64,000 bases of DNA. It comes from Guillardia theta CCMP2712. Lineage: Eukaryota; Protista; Cryptophyta. The notes under the pieces are model-generated. The model made no database searches, had not been told where the DNA came from, and saw only the letters and a list, made by a program, of their open reading frames with translations. The translations under genes were made by a program, and so were the position numbers. Shown here one piece after another: positions 42,406 through 55,100 of this stretch (the stretch's first letter is position 1; each line of letters begins with the position of its first letter). The stretch covers positions 397,295 through 461,294 of the forward strand of contig NW_005434627.1 of assembly GCF_000315625.1 (NCBI RefSeq), given 5' to 3'.

Positions 42406-43192
42406 AGGAGGAGCGACAGGACGGGCAGCGGCGGCTGCCTTGCAGTTTTCTTTGCGTCCCCCTTCAAATTTTGTAAAACATTCCGGATTCTTCAATGGAC
42501 CGCACAAGCTTCAGCCTCTTCCCCTCTTAATCCTTGAAGTTTCTTTAGCTGCTCCTCCTCCTGCTCCTCCTCCTGCTTCCTGCTTCCTGCTTCCTGCTTC
42601 CTGCTTCCTGCTTCCTGCTTCCTGCTCCTTCTCCTTCTCCTTCTCCTTCTCTTGCTCCTTCTCTTGCTCCTTCTCCTCCTCCTGCTCCTGCTTCCTTCTC
42701 CTTCTCCTTCTCCTTCTCCTGCTCCTGCTCCCCTCTGCTTCTGCCCTTGAATTCGTCCCTGCTGCCCTTGACTCTTCCACTGCTTTTTCTCCTGTCCTTA
42801 GTTCTGCTCCTTCTCCTGCTCCTGAATCTCTTCTGCCCTTGCCCCCAACCTCCCATTCGGGTGTTCTAGCGTTTCAGCTGCAGAGGCTTCTTCTCTGTCG
42901 ACCTCTCCTCCTATCCCCTGGTCTCCCTACTTTCGTTTTCCTCCGCTCGCTCTAGCCCTCCTATTTTCTCCCAATGTCTGATCTCCCTCCCCCTTTCCCT
43001 CTTTCCAACCTTGCAAGCGTCTCAAGCATGTAACGGCATGTTCACGTACGCGATGTTTATTATCACAATCACAAGGTCGAGAGCTCAACTAGGTCAGCGA
43101 TCCCACTACAAGATACCACAAAACTTCCAACGATGGGCTGACTTGTCAGCACGAGCCCAGCTGGAAGTTGGCTACTGTTATCCCCATGTCTA

Positions 43193-43819
43193 CTACCCGT
43201 CCAGTCGCCGCCATGGCTCGGTGCCTGAGCCCAGGGACCTGAGCTGGGCGCCTGGCTTGCTTGCAGCACGAGGCCGTAGCAGGGATGGCAGGATGCCTTC
43301 TGCTCCTCCCCTCTGACCTGAAGCTCCTCCTGTACTCCAGACATCCCGTGCCGCCCGTGCTGTTGCCTCGCGAACCCCTGACCCCACGATCACAAAGGAC
43401 GCGCACCACAGAGCTCTTACCTTCCTCGCCCTCCTCCGCTGCCCTTGATGTGTGTACGGCCATCGCTGCAGCCCGAGCCTCCTACATGCTACCTTCAACG
43501 TGGACCTCCCCACCCCCTGCCGAGGACAAGGCAAGGTCAGCTCCTGCCTCCTCCCTCTCGACATCGCACTCACCATCCTTTGTGCTGCCTCTCCCAGAGG
43601 AAGGGCGAAGAAGGGCTCAAGGCTGGCCATGGTAACACTTGCCAGGTTGAGCCCCTGGCTGACGGAGCCGACGGCTTCCTCCTTGAAACCTCCTCGAGCG
43701 GTGGATGAGCTCGCACGTTCTTCCTTGGCAGCCTCTCGCAAGAGGATGTTGCTGAGGTTATCAGGAACCACCCATGACTCCGTGTCAAACCATTCTCCTC
43801 CGTCGTCTTGGCTCGTCAT
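43193..43819 (-). CDS. RWP-RK domain transcription factor 1 (3' end uncertain)
   Basis: VTMASLEPFFALPLGEAAQRM|intron|GVGRSTLKVACRRLGLQRWPYTH. Confidence 0.85.
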   Translation of the reverse strand: MTSQDDGGEWFDTESWVVPDNLSNILLREAAKEERASSSTARGGFKEEAVGSVSQGLNLASVTMASLEPFFALPLGEAAQRMVSAMSRGRRQELTLPCPRQGVGRSTLKVACRRLGLQRWPYTHQGQRRRARKVRALWCASFVIVGSGVREATARAARDVWSTGGASGQRGGAEGILPSLLRPRAASKPGAQLRSLGSGTEPWRRLDG

Positions 43820-44238
43820 GCTCAGATCTTGACCGCAGTGCCCGGAAAGTCGTAGGACGTAAGCCGCTTGCTCCAACTTGGGGGTGGAGGAACACCAAGC
43901 TCGAAATGTTGCGCACCTGAGTGTGGGAGAGAGCAAGGAATGCAGACCGATGAGGGCAAGATAGTGATACAGGGAGGGAGATAGGACGGAGAAGCTTGCG
44001 CAAGAGCCCGGGAAGCGATGGAGTATGGACAAACCAGGAGGGAAATGTTACAATATTCCTCGCAAACCCAGGGAGGGATCAGTTCAAGATAAGCGAAGGT
44101 AGTGGGGGGATAGAAAGCGGATGAAGTAAGATTTGCTGGATGATTTAATGATGTTTGTGAAGACGATGTTGCTGCTGCTGATTGTGATGGCGATGAAGAG
44201 GAGGTGGTGGTGAAGGCGTTGGGGGAGAGGGAGGGATA

Positions 44239-44490
44239 CAGTATCGTCTACTTGAGCACAGTTTTAACAGCACCTCCCTCATCTTTTTTTCTCATTTTCG
44301 GAAGTCACGTTACCCAGTCATGGAACTGACTTTTTTTTCGTAACACGGATGCCACTCTAAATGTATTTTCGGACAAATTGTAAAATGGATATGTCGGAGA
44401 TCTTGTCGAAAGCGATCTATTTCAAACCTACAGCCTCTTAATCTTTAAAGTTAGGGTCGCCGGATACGAACCCTTCTGTAGTTGATACTG
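44239..44490. mobile_element. Possible decayed Tc1/pogo-type MITE
   Basis: The AT-rich block is bounded by TA|CAGTATCGTCTAC and GTAGTTGATACTG|CA (11/13 inverted match). The TA TSD is intact only on the left. Confidence 0.3.
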
Positions 44491-44775
44491 CAACATGTCA
44501 ATGCATTTTCATAGAGGGATGATAATCCGGTGATAGAATCACACTTGTTCTGCTATCACGTTTGGATGGAAAGCTTGCAGATATTCAGAGCGAGCTCATG
44601 ACGATTTTAAAGTGTCTGCGCAACGAGAGACTCTATTTGGCTCGGTGCAATATGAACGCATGGATCGTATGATTCAAGAAGAAATGTTTTTCAAGTGTAA
44701 TGCCTCTTCTGAAGTTTATCAGGGTAAGATACAGATTTCAATGGAATCTAGATCCATAAGAATCAACTTGCGGAG

Positions 44776-45346
44776 TTATGACGAGCCTGGAGAGGAAGCT
44801 TCGATCCCTATAGAGTAGCACTTTGTTTTCCCCTTGTTGGTAAACGGCCAGCGGTTAACTCCAAGTTTCCTACACACGTACTTCATCGTAGATCGACCGA
44901 TTCCCTGGATATTGAAGTGAGCGACATTCTTGAATATAGACAAACAGCATGAAATAACTTACAATGGCAGTAGCTGCGTCTTCCATACTGAGGTGGAAGT
45001 GCTGGGATATCATGGCTCTAGTTAGCCGAATCTTCACGCACTTCACCCTGGAAACCTTTCTGGAATTGACAATCACGCTTGTTTCTTGCAGATCCCTCGC
45101 TCTTGCAGCTGCATTATCTTCTTGCTGATTTCTGATCGTCGCCTCAGGGAGGGGCGGTTCGTGTCCTGTTTCACATTGTACATGTGCACATTGTTTGTAA
45201 TCGCTTTCGAACTCGTTTGTGATCAGGTTTGTCGGATCTATGGGCAGAGAAAATGTCCAAAGCGCACCCTTGTCCTCGCTTTCGAGAAAATCATGCATGT
45301 TTGCAACCTCATTCTGATACACAGCATCGAAATGGTAGCTGTTCAT
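44776..45346 (-). CDS. RWP-RK domain transcription factor 2
   Basis: LTRAMISQHFHLSMEDAATAI|gtaagt..atccag|GIGRSTMKYVCRKLGVNRWPFTNKGK..-TAA 44776. Confidence 0.87.
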
Positions 45347-46374
45347 CGTTGCCTGCTATTTCCTCTTTTCGATATGTTCCCTTTCTTTCAATCTTTGATG
45401 CTCGATTTGGAATAACCAGTTCAGGAGCACAATCAAGTATTGGGATGCGTGCTGTGCGTGCTGTGCGTGCTGTGTGGGATCGAAGGCTTTTGAAGGGAAG
45501 GCGAAGGAGCCAATCACGGAGAGAGATTTCGGGGGTCGACGGCTTTGTCATCCGGGGGTCCCCTGTTCATGCGAAAAAGATCATTTCCAGTTTTCGAGAC
45601 TCATCTTCGAGATACCACATTACAAGTCTACTTGAAGTGTTGCGTTTGTCGCATCCCGCCAGACTGTCGGCGGGCTCACGAATTTGAAAAGAGTTTTTTT
45701 CGTACAAGGAGGCCGTCCCCCCCTACACAAGCTCGCCTCAGTTCATCAGGCACCCGAAGGGGGTCAGAGGAAAGCAAGTCCGCCCCAGTGCTTGAAGCCC
45801 GCATCAGCATGACTGGCACGTTGTGACAACCAGAGGCGGGCTTGCTGACCCGGTTTAATCTTACAAGTCATTTTAAAGGCTGCGTGACAGACGATCCCCA
45901 CGCAGGCGTAAGCCGTCAGCTCGCCGTAGATCCGTCAGCAGGTCCCATGAGTCGTATCACGGACACTCCGCCCTCACACTGCACCTTCCGCCCAGATATA
46001 CTTGAAATACTTTGGCCCGCCGCCTAGCATACCAAGTTGTATCGGAGGGTTGGGGGGAGTGAAGGAAACAACACGATTGTTTCACAGCCCTTGATATGCC
46101 CCAGTGCTCCTGTCATACTTTCACCTACAGCGCACATAAGAGTCATTTCCTAGAGCAGCAATCAGTGTAGGTTGATCGTTCACCAACTTTGTTAATGCAA
46201 GTGACAGCAAGCATGTGAAAGCTTTAGTCCCCTGTTGAGGTCATCTGAGATCTGATTATGATGGCAGAGATCAAAGACGCGGCAAGGACTTTTTCATCGT
46301 AGACATCAAGCTACAGCTGAGGTGTTGGAGCATGAAGATGTTGGTAGGGTACAAGACATCCACACCGGCATTCG

Positions 46375-47028
46375 ATGCTCTCGCTTCTCTCTACATGGAC
46401 ATGTGCTTGGTCGGCCCCTCGTGAGACCCCGGAAAACGCTCAGATGTCTGGAGGTGTTGACAGCAGCAAAAGTATCCGGGAGCCTTTCGAGACAGAAACA
46501 AGCGCAATGCTGGGAGGGTGGAACGAAGACGACGGGATGAATGAGTCATGGGCAATTCAGATCCCTTCCATGCCTTGGAGTCCAGCGAACGAGGACAGAA
46601 ACAGAGCTGAGATGGACTCTGAGGAGGGAGAGGGCCCTTCTTTGGCAGCCTTTGGGTGGCAGCTTGAAGGGTCCTCCACGACTAGTGAAGATGGGCAGGA
46701 GGGGTCGACATATATCCAGCCGGAGGAGGGCAGGGCTGAGTATGTGGAGGTGAACTCGAGAAAGCTGTCAAGGAAGAGGTGCGTCAGAGTGAAGATAGAC
46801 AGGGAGGTGCTTTCAAGACATTTCCACCTGAGCATGGAACAAGCAGCCTCATCGATTGTGTGTGCTTGCCCTGACTTGTTGTGTTTGTTCCGACACTGAT
46901 CGCTGCCCCAGGGGATCGGGAAATCTACAATGAAGTACGTGTGCCGGAGGTTGGGGATCCAGAAATGGCCTTACACGACCAAGGGGCAGAGGTGGAGGGA
47001 GCAGGTGAAGGAGGCTGATCCAAGCTGA
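46375..47028 (+). CDS. RWP-RK domain transcription factor 3 (start may be a later ATG)
   Basis: IDREVLSRHFHLSMEQAASSI|gtgtgt..ccccag|GIGKSTMKYVCRRLGIQKWPYTTKGQ..-TGA 47028. Confidence 0.87.
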
Positions 47029-47834
47029 TTCTTCGCCTTCTGAGCCCAACAGGGTTGTACTCACGATCCTGTTTTTTAATATGTCCGAACAGCGTCAGAT
47101 ATGCGCTACGTAGATCAGTTGACGACTTCAATCCTGTTCCGATGAGCTATTGGAAGAATTCCCTGCTCCTCCTCCTTCTCCTTCTCCTGCTCTTTTCTCT
47201 CCTCCTGCTCCTGCTCCCCTTCCCCCCCTTCCTCCTCCATGATGATAGCAAATCTCGGGCACCATCTTTTCATTTTCCTTGGAATTCTCGTGATGTCATG
47301 TTTGACGTCAATCAGGCCATGATTGGTGAACAGACTACTTTCATCAGCTCTTTTCCCCCATCGAATGCTGGATGTAGATTTCTTGCGTAGTGCTACGAAG
47401 ATGTACTTGACACGAGCACCAGATCACTACAAGAACCAAACAAACCAACCAACCTTCTCACTTTATGATCTTTCTATCCACCAGGCCTCACTGCACTACT
47501 ACCTATCTCTCAATTCTTGATGTTTACGTACTTCTGGCCAGACACTATATACAAGGGTCATCTCATTACCAAGATGCTGCCTGTATGACGAGACAACAGC
47601 TGGCAGGGTTCCTACGAAAGGAACAAGGCGGAAACCAGGAGTCAGATGCTGACATAATGACATGTTGATCGTCAGGAGATCTTTTGATGTCATTGCAGTG
47701 ATGCATTGATCGAAGAGCAGAGGCAATTGGGTGAGAACAAGTATACTTGACAACCCGGCTGTCATCCCATTTCGTTACACTTGAAGCCTCTGTTGCTGGT
47801 GCTGGTGCTGGTGCTGGTGCTGGTACTGGCGCTG

Positions 47835-48367
47835 GAACCTGAAAATACCAGTAATGGGATCACCCTACCCTGTGCTGTATCCATGAGGATCCGGAATCAC
47901 GGATACTCGCCGGATACTCTCTATTTTTAAGCGGACGCTTCCCCAGCGTTCGGCCTCCTGAATTCCCCCCACTTGCATGCACAGCAAGTGTGGTGTTTGT
48001 GCGTAGTTTACCTTCAAGTAAATTTAGAGACTTCTATCTTGTCCTTCTCTATCTTCTTCATCCTTGCTTTACTCGTGACGTCGACAATCTCTGTGTTGTG
48101 TATACAATACCCTGCATGATTTACCAGACCAAAACAGGTCTTGCTCTCCAGACGTCTCTCGTAAATCGTCTATTGTAATCAAAGCAACAGCACCAGTTCT
48201 ATCGTTGAATCAGAGTACATCACCAGCATCAGCTGATGCTGTCTAGACGTGATTCACTCTACCCTGCATAGACGTCTAGAGAGCACAGACGTCTAGAGAG
48301 CAAGACCTGTTTTGGTCTGGTGAATCATGCAGGGTAGGGTGATCCCATTACCGGTATTTTCAAGTTC
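47835..48367. mobile_element. MITE/foldback element with ~80-bp terminal inverted repeats, left repeat split by an insertion
   Basis: 47835-47872 pairs with 48330-48367 (38 bp, 2 mismatches). 48108-48157 pairs with 48287-48336 (50 bp, 2 mismatches). Confidence 0.8.
47873..48109. mobile_element. Probable solo LTR (237 bp) nested in the MITE
   Basis: Flanked by the 5-bp direct repeat CCCTG (47868-72 and 48110-14). Termini TGCTGTAT...ATACAATA are each one transition from TGTTGTAT...ATACAACA. An internal TATA-like tatttttaa is present. Confidence 0.65.
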
Positions 48368-49135
48368 AAAATATCGGTCAAAATTAGGGTAGGGTGGTGA
48401 AAAACATAGGGGTGGTGGGTCTGGTAAGGGTCAACGACTGTCGAAACCGTTGATGCGTTGAGAGCCTTTCGAGTGGGGTCAATTCCAGTGGGTGGGGTAT
48501 TCGTATTGGTGGGGTGCATAAGCGATAAGATGTTTATGTACGGGTGATTACGTGCAGTCCATCATGTGAAGTCAAGGGTCATAAATTTAAGAAGGGGTGG
48601 GGGTAGTCAAATTTCTTGAACGGGCGGGGTACAGGTTCGACGATGACAGCGGATCGATGGCGGGAAGGAGGAGGCATGGTTGGAGGAGGAGGCATGCGAT
48701 GAGGAGAAGGCGTGTGATGAGGAGGAGACATGGGGAGGAGATGATTCTGGAGAAAGGAAACAAGCAGCGTGAGGAAGAGGAGATGGTTGAAGCAGGAGGG
48801 AGCGAGAGCGTTGGAAAGGTGACGTAGAGCATGAGTGTAGGGGACTTCGAAGTCAGGTATGAGAGAGAGGGAATGGCATGCAAGCAACGTCAAGTGAGAT
48901 GGTCCATCGAAGGCTGTAGAGCTGGCATTCTGGAGCCGCGTATGATTCGGAGCTCTTATCGACGGATGCTATGTTTTCAAACAGCTCCTGACTTTGCCCC
49001 TGCAGGTGAAAGGAGCCTGATTAATTTACAACTCGAATCTGGAGAAGGAGGAGCTGTAGAAAGTTACGTGAAAAAGCAGTGAAGTAAGTAGAGCCATCCG
49101 ATCTCAGCCGACCATCTGTGGTCGTTGAGAACGCG

Positions 49136-52100
49136 ATGCCGCCCATTGGGATAGCGCAGTGGGGAAACCCCCCCAGCGCCCCTTCTCCTCCTCCTACCCG
49201 GAGCGGTCATACCTTGACCAATGTCGGCAAGCTGTGCATCCTCTTCGGAGGGATGGGAGAAGACAACGACAACGTTACGATCTACAATGAGACGTTTGCG
49301 ATCGACGCGTCGGCCAACGACATTCCATGCACATTCCTTCAATGCGAGGGGAAGGCTCCGGAGGGGAGGTGGAGGCATACGGCGACCTGCATCGGCGATT
49401 CCTGCATGCTCGTCTTCGGGGGGATAGGGTCCAACAGCAAGAGGTTCGATGACTGCTGGAAGCTCGACATCAGCGGCGATAGTCCTGTTTGGACCCTGCA
49501 ACCCACAGCCGGCCAAAGGCCTAGCCCAAGGGCTCACCACTCAGCAAACTTGTGGAAGGAGCACCTGGTGGTGTTCGGAGGATACGGAGGACACGGCCAA
49601 CGGCGCACGTACTTCAACGATGTGCATCTCCTGAACCTTCAGGGCGGCGAGGATGGGGCGTTGGAGTGGGTACAGGTTCAAATTGGCGGAAACCCTCCTG
49701 CTCCACGTGGGAATCATACGGCGTCTGTCATGGCTGTGCCGGCAAGCTCAGGGCCAAAGATGCTCATGGTGATGGGAGGGAGAGACTACTCCACCTTCTT
49801 CGATGACATCCACTTCCTGGTAAGAGCCCACACAACCGTGTCGTCCGTATCCTCTGCCCCGCTTTTGTTCGAATTGACACTTAAGTTTCGCACAGAATTT
49901 GGAACAAATGGAGTGGACGACGGTTTCGGACCTTCCCAACCCGACAATTCCCAACCGGCTTGCAAATCACGCCTCCCTGGCCATCCAATCTGTTCCGCAC
50001 TACAAGGTGTTTGTCTTCGGCGGGCAGGTACTGCTTCTCTGGTTGTGCTGCAAGGAAAGTTGACATGTTTCTGTCAAGGTTGGAAACAAGGACGCGCGAA
50101 CTGACTGGAAGTACGTCAACAACGTGAACTGCCTTGACTGCGGCCGCATGGAGTGGATGGCGTCGGACGAGCACGGGGCCAGCTTCGTGGAGGGCAACTT
50201 CCCGACGCCCCGAGAGGACGTTGCGTACTGCTTCGATCGCAAGACCGGGAGGATTCTGATGCATGGAGGGTGGGCGGATCGTTTCTGCTCTGACATGTTC
50301 TACCTTGACGTATCCTCCATCGTCGGGCCTCCATACGCGATCTACTCCCTCATCCCCAGCGAAGGCCCTCTGACCGGACACACGCCCATCAAGATCGTCG
50401 GAGAGGATTTCACTCCTTCTGCTCCAGGTCCTCTGTCTCCCTCTCACCCTCCTCGGTACTCACGTGTAGCTGCAGTCAAGATCCAGTTCACCGACGGCAA
50501 GAACACCGAGGTGGTTGATGGTAAAGTCATCAGCACTACTGAGGTTGAGGGAATACGCGCTGGGACAGCCACCTGACCACCTCTACAGATCATTTGCGAG
50601 AGCCCCGATTGGACCAAGTACTCAGCAGGTTTACATGTCCTCCTTGCTCCTTGCTCCTTGCTCCTTGCTCCTTGCTCCTTGCTCCTTGCTCCTTGCTCCT
50701 TGCTCCTTGCTCCTTGCTCCTTGCTCCTTGCTCCTTGCTCCTTGCTCCTTGCTCCTTGCTCCTTGCTCCTTGCTCCTTGCTCCTTGCTCCTTGCTCCTTG
50801 CTCCTTGCTCCTTGCTCCTTGCTCCTTGCTCCTCGCCCCCTCCTATCCCATTTCTCTCTCTCCTCACCCTCCTTGTGCTCCTTGTCCCTCCCTCCTCCTT
50901 CTGTCCTCAAACTTGAGCTTGCAGGCGAGGTTATGGTCAGAGCAAACCTGAGAGGGGAAGGCTTCACAGTGAACGTGGTCAAGTGGACCTTCTTTGTCAA
51001 CACCAGACCCAACAAGTGCATCGCGTTTGGCCCCGGGCTGTTCGACTCGGAAAACGCCGGGTGGGGATTCCCTGCAGTGTTTAAGGTGCAAGCAAAGGAC
51101 CAGACAGGTCGCAACCGAAGCTCGGGAGGAGAGGCGTCGTGCTGGCGGCCCAAGGTGAGCAGCCAGGTGGACTCATGGTTTGGGAGGAGGAACAGGAGCA
51201 GGAGCATGAGGGAGAGAAGGGAAATAACAACTGGGTGCAGGTTGTCTTCAAGGATACCGGAGAGAACATCCCGTGTCACGTGGTTGACTGCAAGGACGGC
51301 ACGTACGATATGGTGAGGAGGAGGAAGAAGAGGAGGAGAAAATGGTGGTGGTGGTGGTGGTGGTTTTCGCTGCCCGCTCTACTCACCTCCTCTCCTCCCA
51401 GATCTACGTTCCTATTCATCCCGGGCAGTACGTGATCGAGGTAGGATACTGCGACCCTCTCGTACAGGGGGACGAAGTTATCTTCATCCGCGGCTCCCCC
51501 TGGACAGCCTCGTTCGAGGACCCTTGGACCAAGGTCAAGTACCAGAACGAGCCGCCGCGCGTCGTGTCCGGGGTGCAGGCGGTAGCCATGGTGAAGAAGA
51601 TGGTGCTGTATGGTGGGAAGTCAGACGAGGTGGTATGCTTCGACCCGGACAGCCTGTCGTGGGAGAGGCCCGAGGTAGAAGGACACAGCCCTCCGAGTCG
51701 CTCGCTGCACTCCTTCTGCGCGCTAGATAACGAGAAGGCGATCGTGATAGGAGGGAAGGGGGAGGATGAAAAGCTGCTCAATGACATTCACGTCCTTGTG
51801 TGTGAGAAGGGGAAGTGGAAGTGGCAGGCTGCAGGCGATGTCCATGGAGACAAGAACGCGCCGAGGGCGATGCATGCTGCTTGTTTGATCCCAGGTAAGA
51901 GCGGAGGAGGGAGGAGGGAGGAGAGGGAGAAGGAGGGAGGGAGGAAGTAAGGGAGAGAAGTAGACGGAGGGAAGGAGGAAAAGAGGAAAGGGAGAGAGAG
52001 AGAAGAGGAGGGTATGAGGAGGGGAAGAGGCAGAGGAGGAGGGAAAGGGAGAGGGAGGATGGAGGAATGGATGGATGGATGGATGGAGGGAGGAGGGCTG

Positions 52101-55100
52101 ACGTTGGTTGGCAGTCGGCAAGAAGGTAGTTATCTTCGGAGGTATCGGGAGCGACGACCTTTCGCGCGACGATCTCTGCGTGCTGGCTGCGCAGAACATC
52201 GCAAAGTTAGATCTCCTCGACGTCGGGAAGCAAGTGGTAGAGGAGGTGGACGAGGAGGAGGAGGAACAGGCCCACAAACAGGAGCCCAAGGAGGAGCACA
52301 AACCTGCAGCCCCTACAGAGGAGGGAGGAGGGGAAGGAGGGGAAGGAGGGGAAGGAGGGGAAGGAGAGGAGGAGGGAGAGCACGCAAGTTCCCACCATCA
52401 GGAGCATAAGGAGGAAGAGGATGAGGGAGAGAAAAGATTCCCAAGCTCAAGGAGATTCCAGGTGAACTAGTTTACATGCTCTCCTCCCTCCTGTCCCTCA
52501 CCCTCCTGTCCCTCCTCTCCCTCCCTCCTCTCCCTCCTCTCCCTTCTCTCTTTCTCTTCTCTCTTTCCCTTCATCCTTCTCTCCACCCCTTCCACTCTCG
52601 ACTCCTGACCGTCTCCCAAGGCCGGAGGAGGAAGCACGGCATCGCAGCAGTGGAAGGAGTGATCTACGCGTTCGGAGGAGAGGCAGAGATCGGCAACGAG
52701 CGGCACCTGACCAACGTCACGGCCGTCGGGGAGTTCCAGATGGAGGGCAAGACGCTGGCCAAAGGGGACGCGATCCGATGGAAGCGGCTTAAAGTCACGG
52801 GAACGGTCCCTTGCCCTCGTCGAGACTTCAACATCTCCACGGTGGAGGGGAAGGTGTTGGTGCAGGGAGGAAGGGACATGGAGGGCAAGCTGCTCGACGA
52901 CCTCTACAGCCTCGACCCGTCCACTGGCGAGTGGAGCATTGTGTACCGTTCAGACAATGCATGGCAGAAGAACGAGTTTGCGCTGTCGTGCTTGATCGGC
53001 AAGAGACTGCTGACGGTGTCGGCCAAGTCCGAGGACGTCAAGTCAAAACTCGATGACGTCAGGATCCTGGAGTTCGGCAAGATCGCAGATCAGCATGCGC
53101 TCGTTCCTGACATGATGAAACGAATCTCCAAGGAGTTGGCCGCCCTTGCGTCCTTCAACTCCGGTAGGATACTATGACCGTCCCTCTGTCCCTCCGTCCC
53201 TCGTCAATTGTTTCACTCCCCTTCCTGCTTGCCGTCCTTCCTGGCTGTATTTCTTTTCTCACTCTCCCTCCCCCGAACCCTTCCTCTCCTCTCCTCTCCT
53301 CTCCCTTCCCCTCCCCTCCCCTCCCTTCCTCTCCCTTCCCCTCCCCTCCCCTCCCCTCCACCCCTTCCCTCCCCTCCTCTCCTCTCCTCTTCTCGCCTTT
53401 CCTCTCATCTCCTCTCGTTGACATCTCCACCAGACTCAGCCAAGAACCTTGCTCTTGACCCCACGAAGCAAGACAGCGAGGAGAAACAGCGCGAGATTCT
53501 GATCAAGGTCAAGGGCTGCATCTACCAGGCGAAGGTCGATCAGCCGATCATCGAGCTGCAGCTCGACGTGCTCAAGGACGCCATCGGCTACTTGCAGCGG
53601 CAGGGAACTCCGACGGAGAAGCTGGAGAAGGAGATTAAAGATGTCTTTGACGGGTTTGCCGATGTCAAGAAGCAGATCCCCTCCGCCCTCGAGCTCATCA
53701 AGCCCGTCCAAGAGAGAGAGGCAGAGAAAATCAAGGCTGAGGTGAGGCCTGCTGATGTTGCCTCCCCTGCTCCTGCTCCTCCTGCTCCTGCTCCTCTTCC
53801 TTCTCGCCGCTCCTCCTGCTCCTCCTCCTCCTCCTCCTCCTTAACTGTCTCCTTTGCTTCTTCCTCCTGTCTCCTTCCCGACTGCGCCTTCCTCCCCCCC
53901 TCGTTTCACCTATTTCCCTCCTGATCCTACTTTCCCCTTCCGCGTTGCAGCTTTGCGTCAACCCACCAACTCCTCTCCTCCTCTCCTCCTCTCCTCCTCT
54001 CCTCCTCTCCTCCTCCCCTCCCTCCCTTTCTCTTACCTCGCTTCCCTCAGATCGAAAAGTTCACCCTAAAGACCAAGGTCACGCAGAAGGACTTCGGCGA
54101 GAGGTACCGGGATGGCAGCCGGAGCGGAGGAGCTGACTAGCTTGCAGGGACTTCAACTCCTACACCACGGGCGTCGAGCAGTCCTACCTGTCCGTCTTCG
54201 AGACCAAGAAGATGCTGAGATCGCTGGATGCCGAACTCGATGGGCTGAAGCACTTCGCAAGGGTCTTCGAGTTCCCAGAGCTCACGGACGAAGCGAACTC
54301 CATCGTGGCCGCCATGCACGCCGACCTCAACACGATCTTGCAACTTTGGCACCTTGTGAGTTGACGAGTGTTTCTCTGTCTTGTTGGAGTTCTGTCATTG
54401 GTTTGTGTTGCTGAACTTCTTTTCTTGGTTTCTGTTGTTGAGGTTCTTGTCTTCCCCTGTTGTGATGTTATTGTGTTGTTTGTTCTTGGAGTCCCAATCT
54501 TTTCGTTTTTGCGTTGGAATGTCTTCCATTGTTTCCTTCCTCGAGGTTGTGACTGATGATGTTTCAGATTGCAATGGTCAACAACCAAATGGAAGTTTGG
54601 AACCAAACCCTTTGGGCTGACATCAACGTTGAGGTTACAAGCTCTTCATCCCTTCCTCCCTCCCTCCCTCTTCTCTCCCACTGTCTCTCTTCCTCTTCCT
54701 CTTCCTCTTCCTCCTCCCTGCTCTTCTCGCACCTTCCACCCTCTCCTCCTCCTCCTCCTCCTCGCTCATCTATCGCCTCGTCAGGTCATGGAGGATGGGA
54801 CCAAGGCATTCTTCAAGCAGCTGCGAGCTCAAGACAAGGTTGCCAAGGTAACCAACGCGTACACGACGATAGAGGGAAAGGTCAAGGGCTTCCTGACAGC
54901 GCTCCCCCTTGTCTCGGACCTCCGCCATCCGTCCATGCGCCCCAGGCACTGGAACATGTTGCGCCAGCTGACAGGCAAGCAGTTCGACGAGACCAGCCCA
55001 GAGTTTGACCTCAGGACTCTCAACGACTTACACTTGGACGAGTTCGAGGATGACGTGGGCGAGGTCAGTCAAGGGTCTGCGTGCTTGTGTCTTCGCTTCC

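Noticed and set aside
43193-47028. Calling any RWP-RK gene a MID ortholog or this region a mating-type locus
   Set aside because: Only the generic domain is recognisable. Orthology needs a phylogeny, and no other sex-locus evidence is visible.
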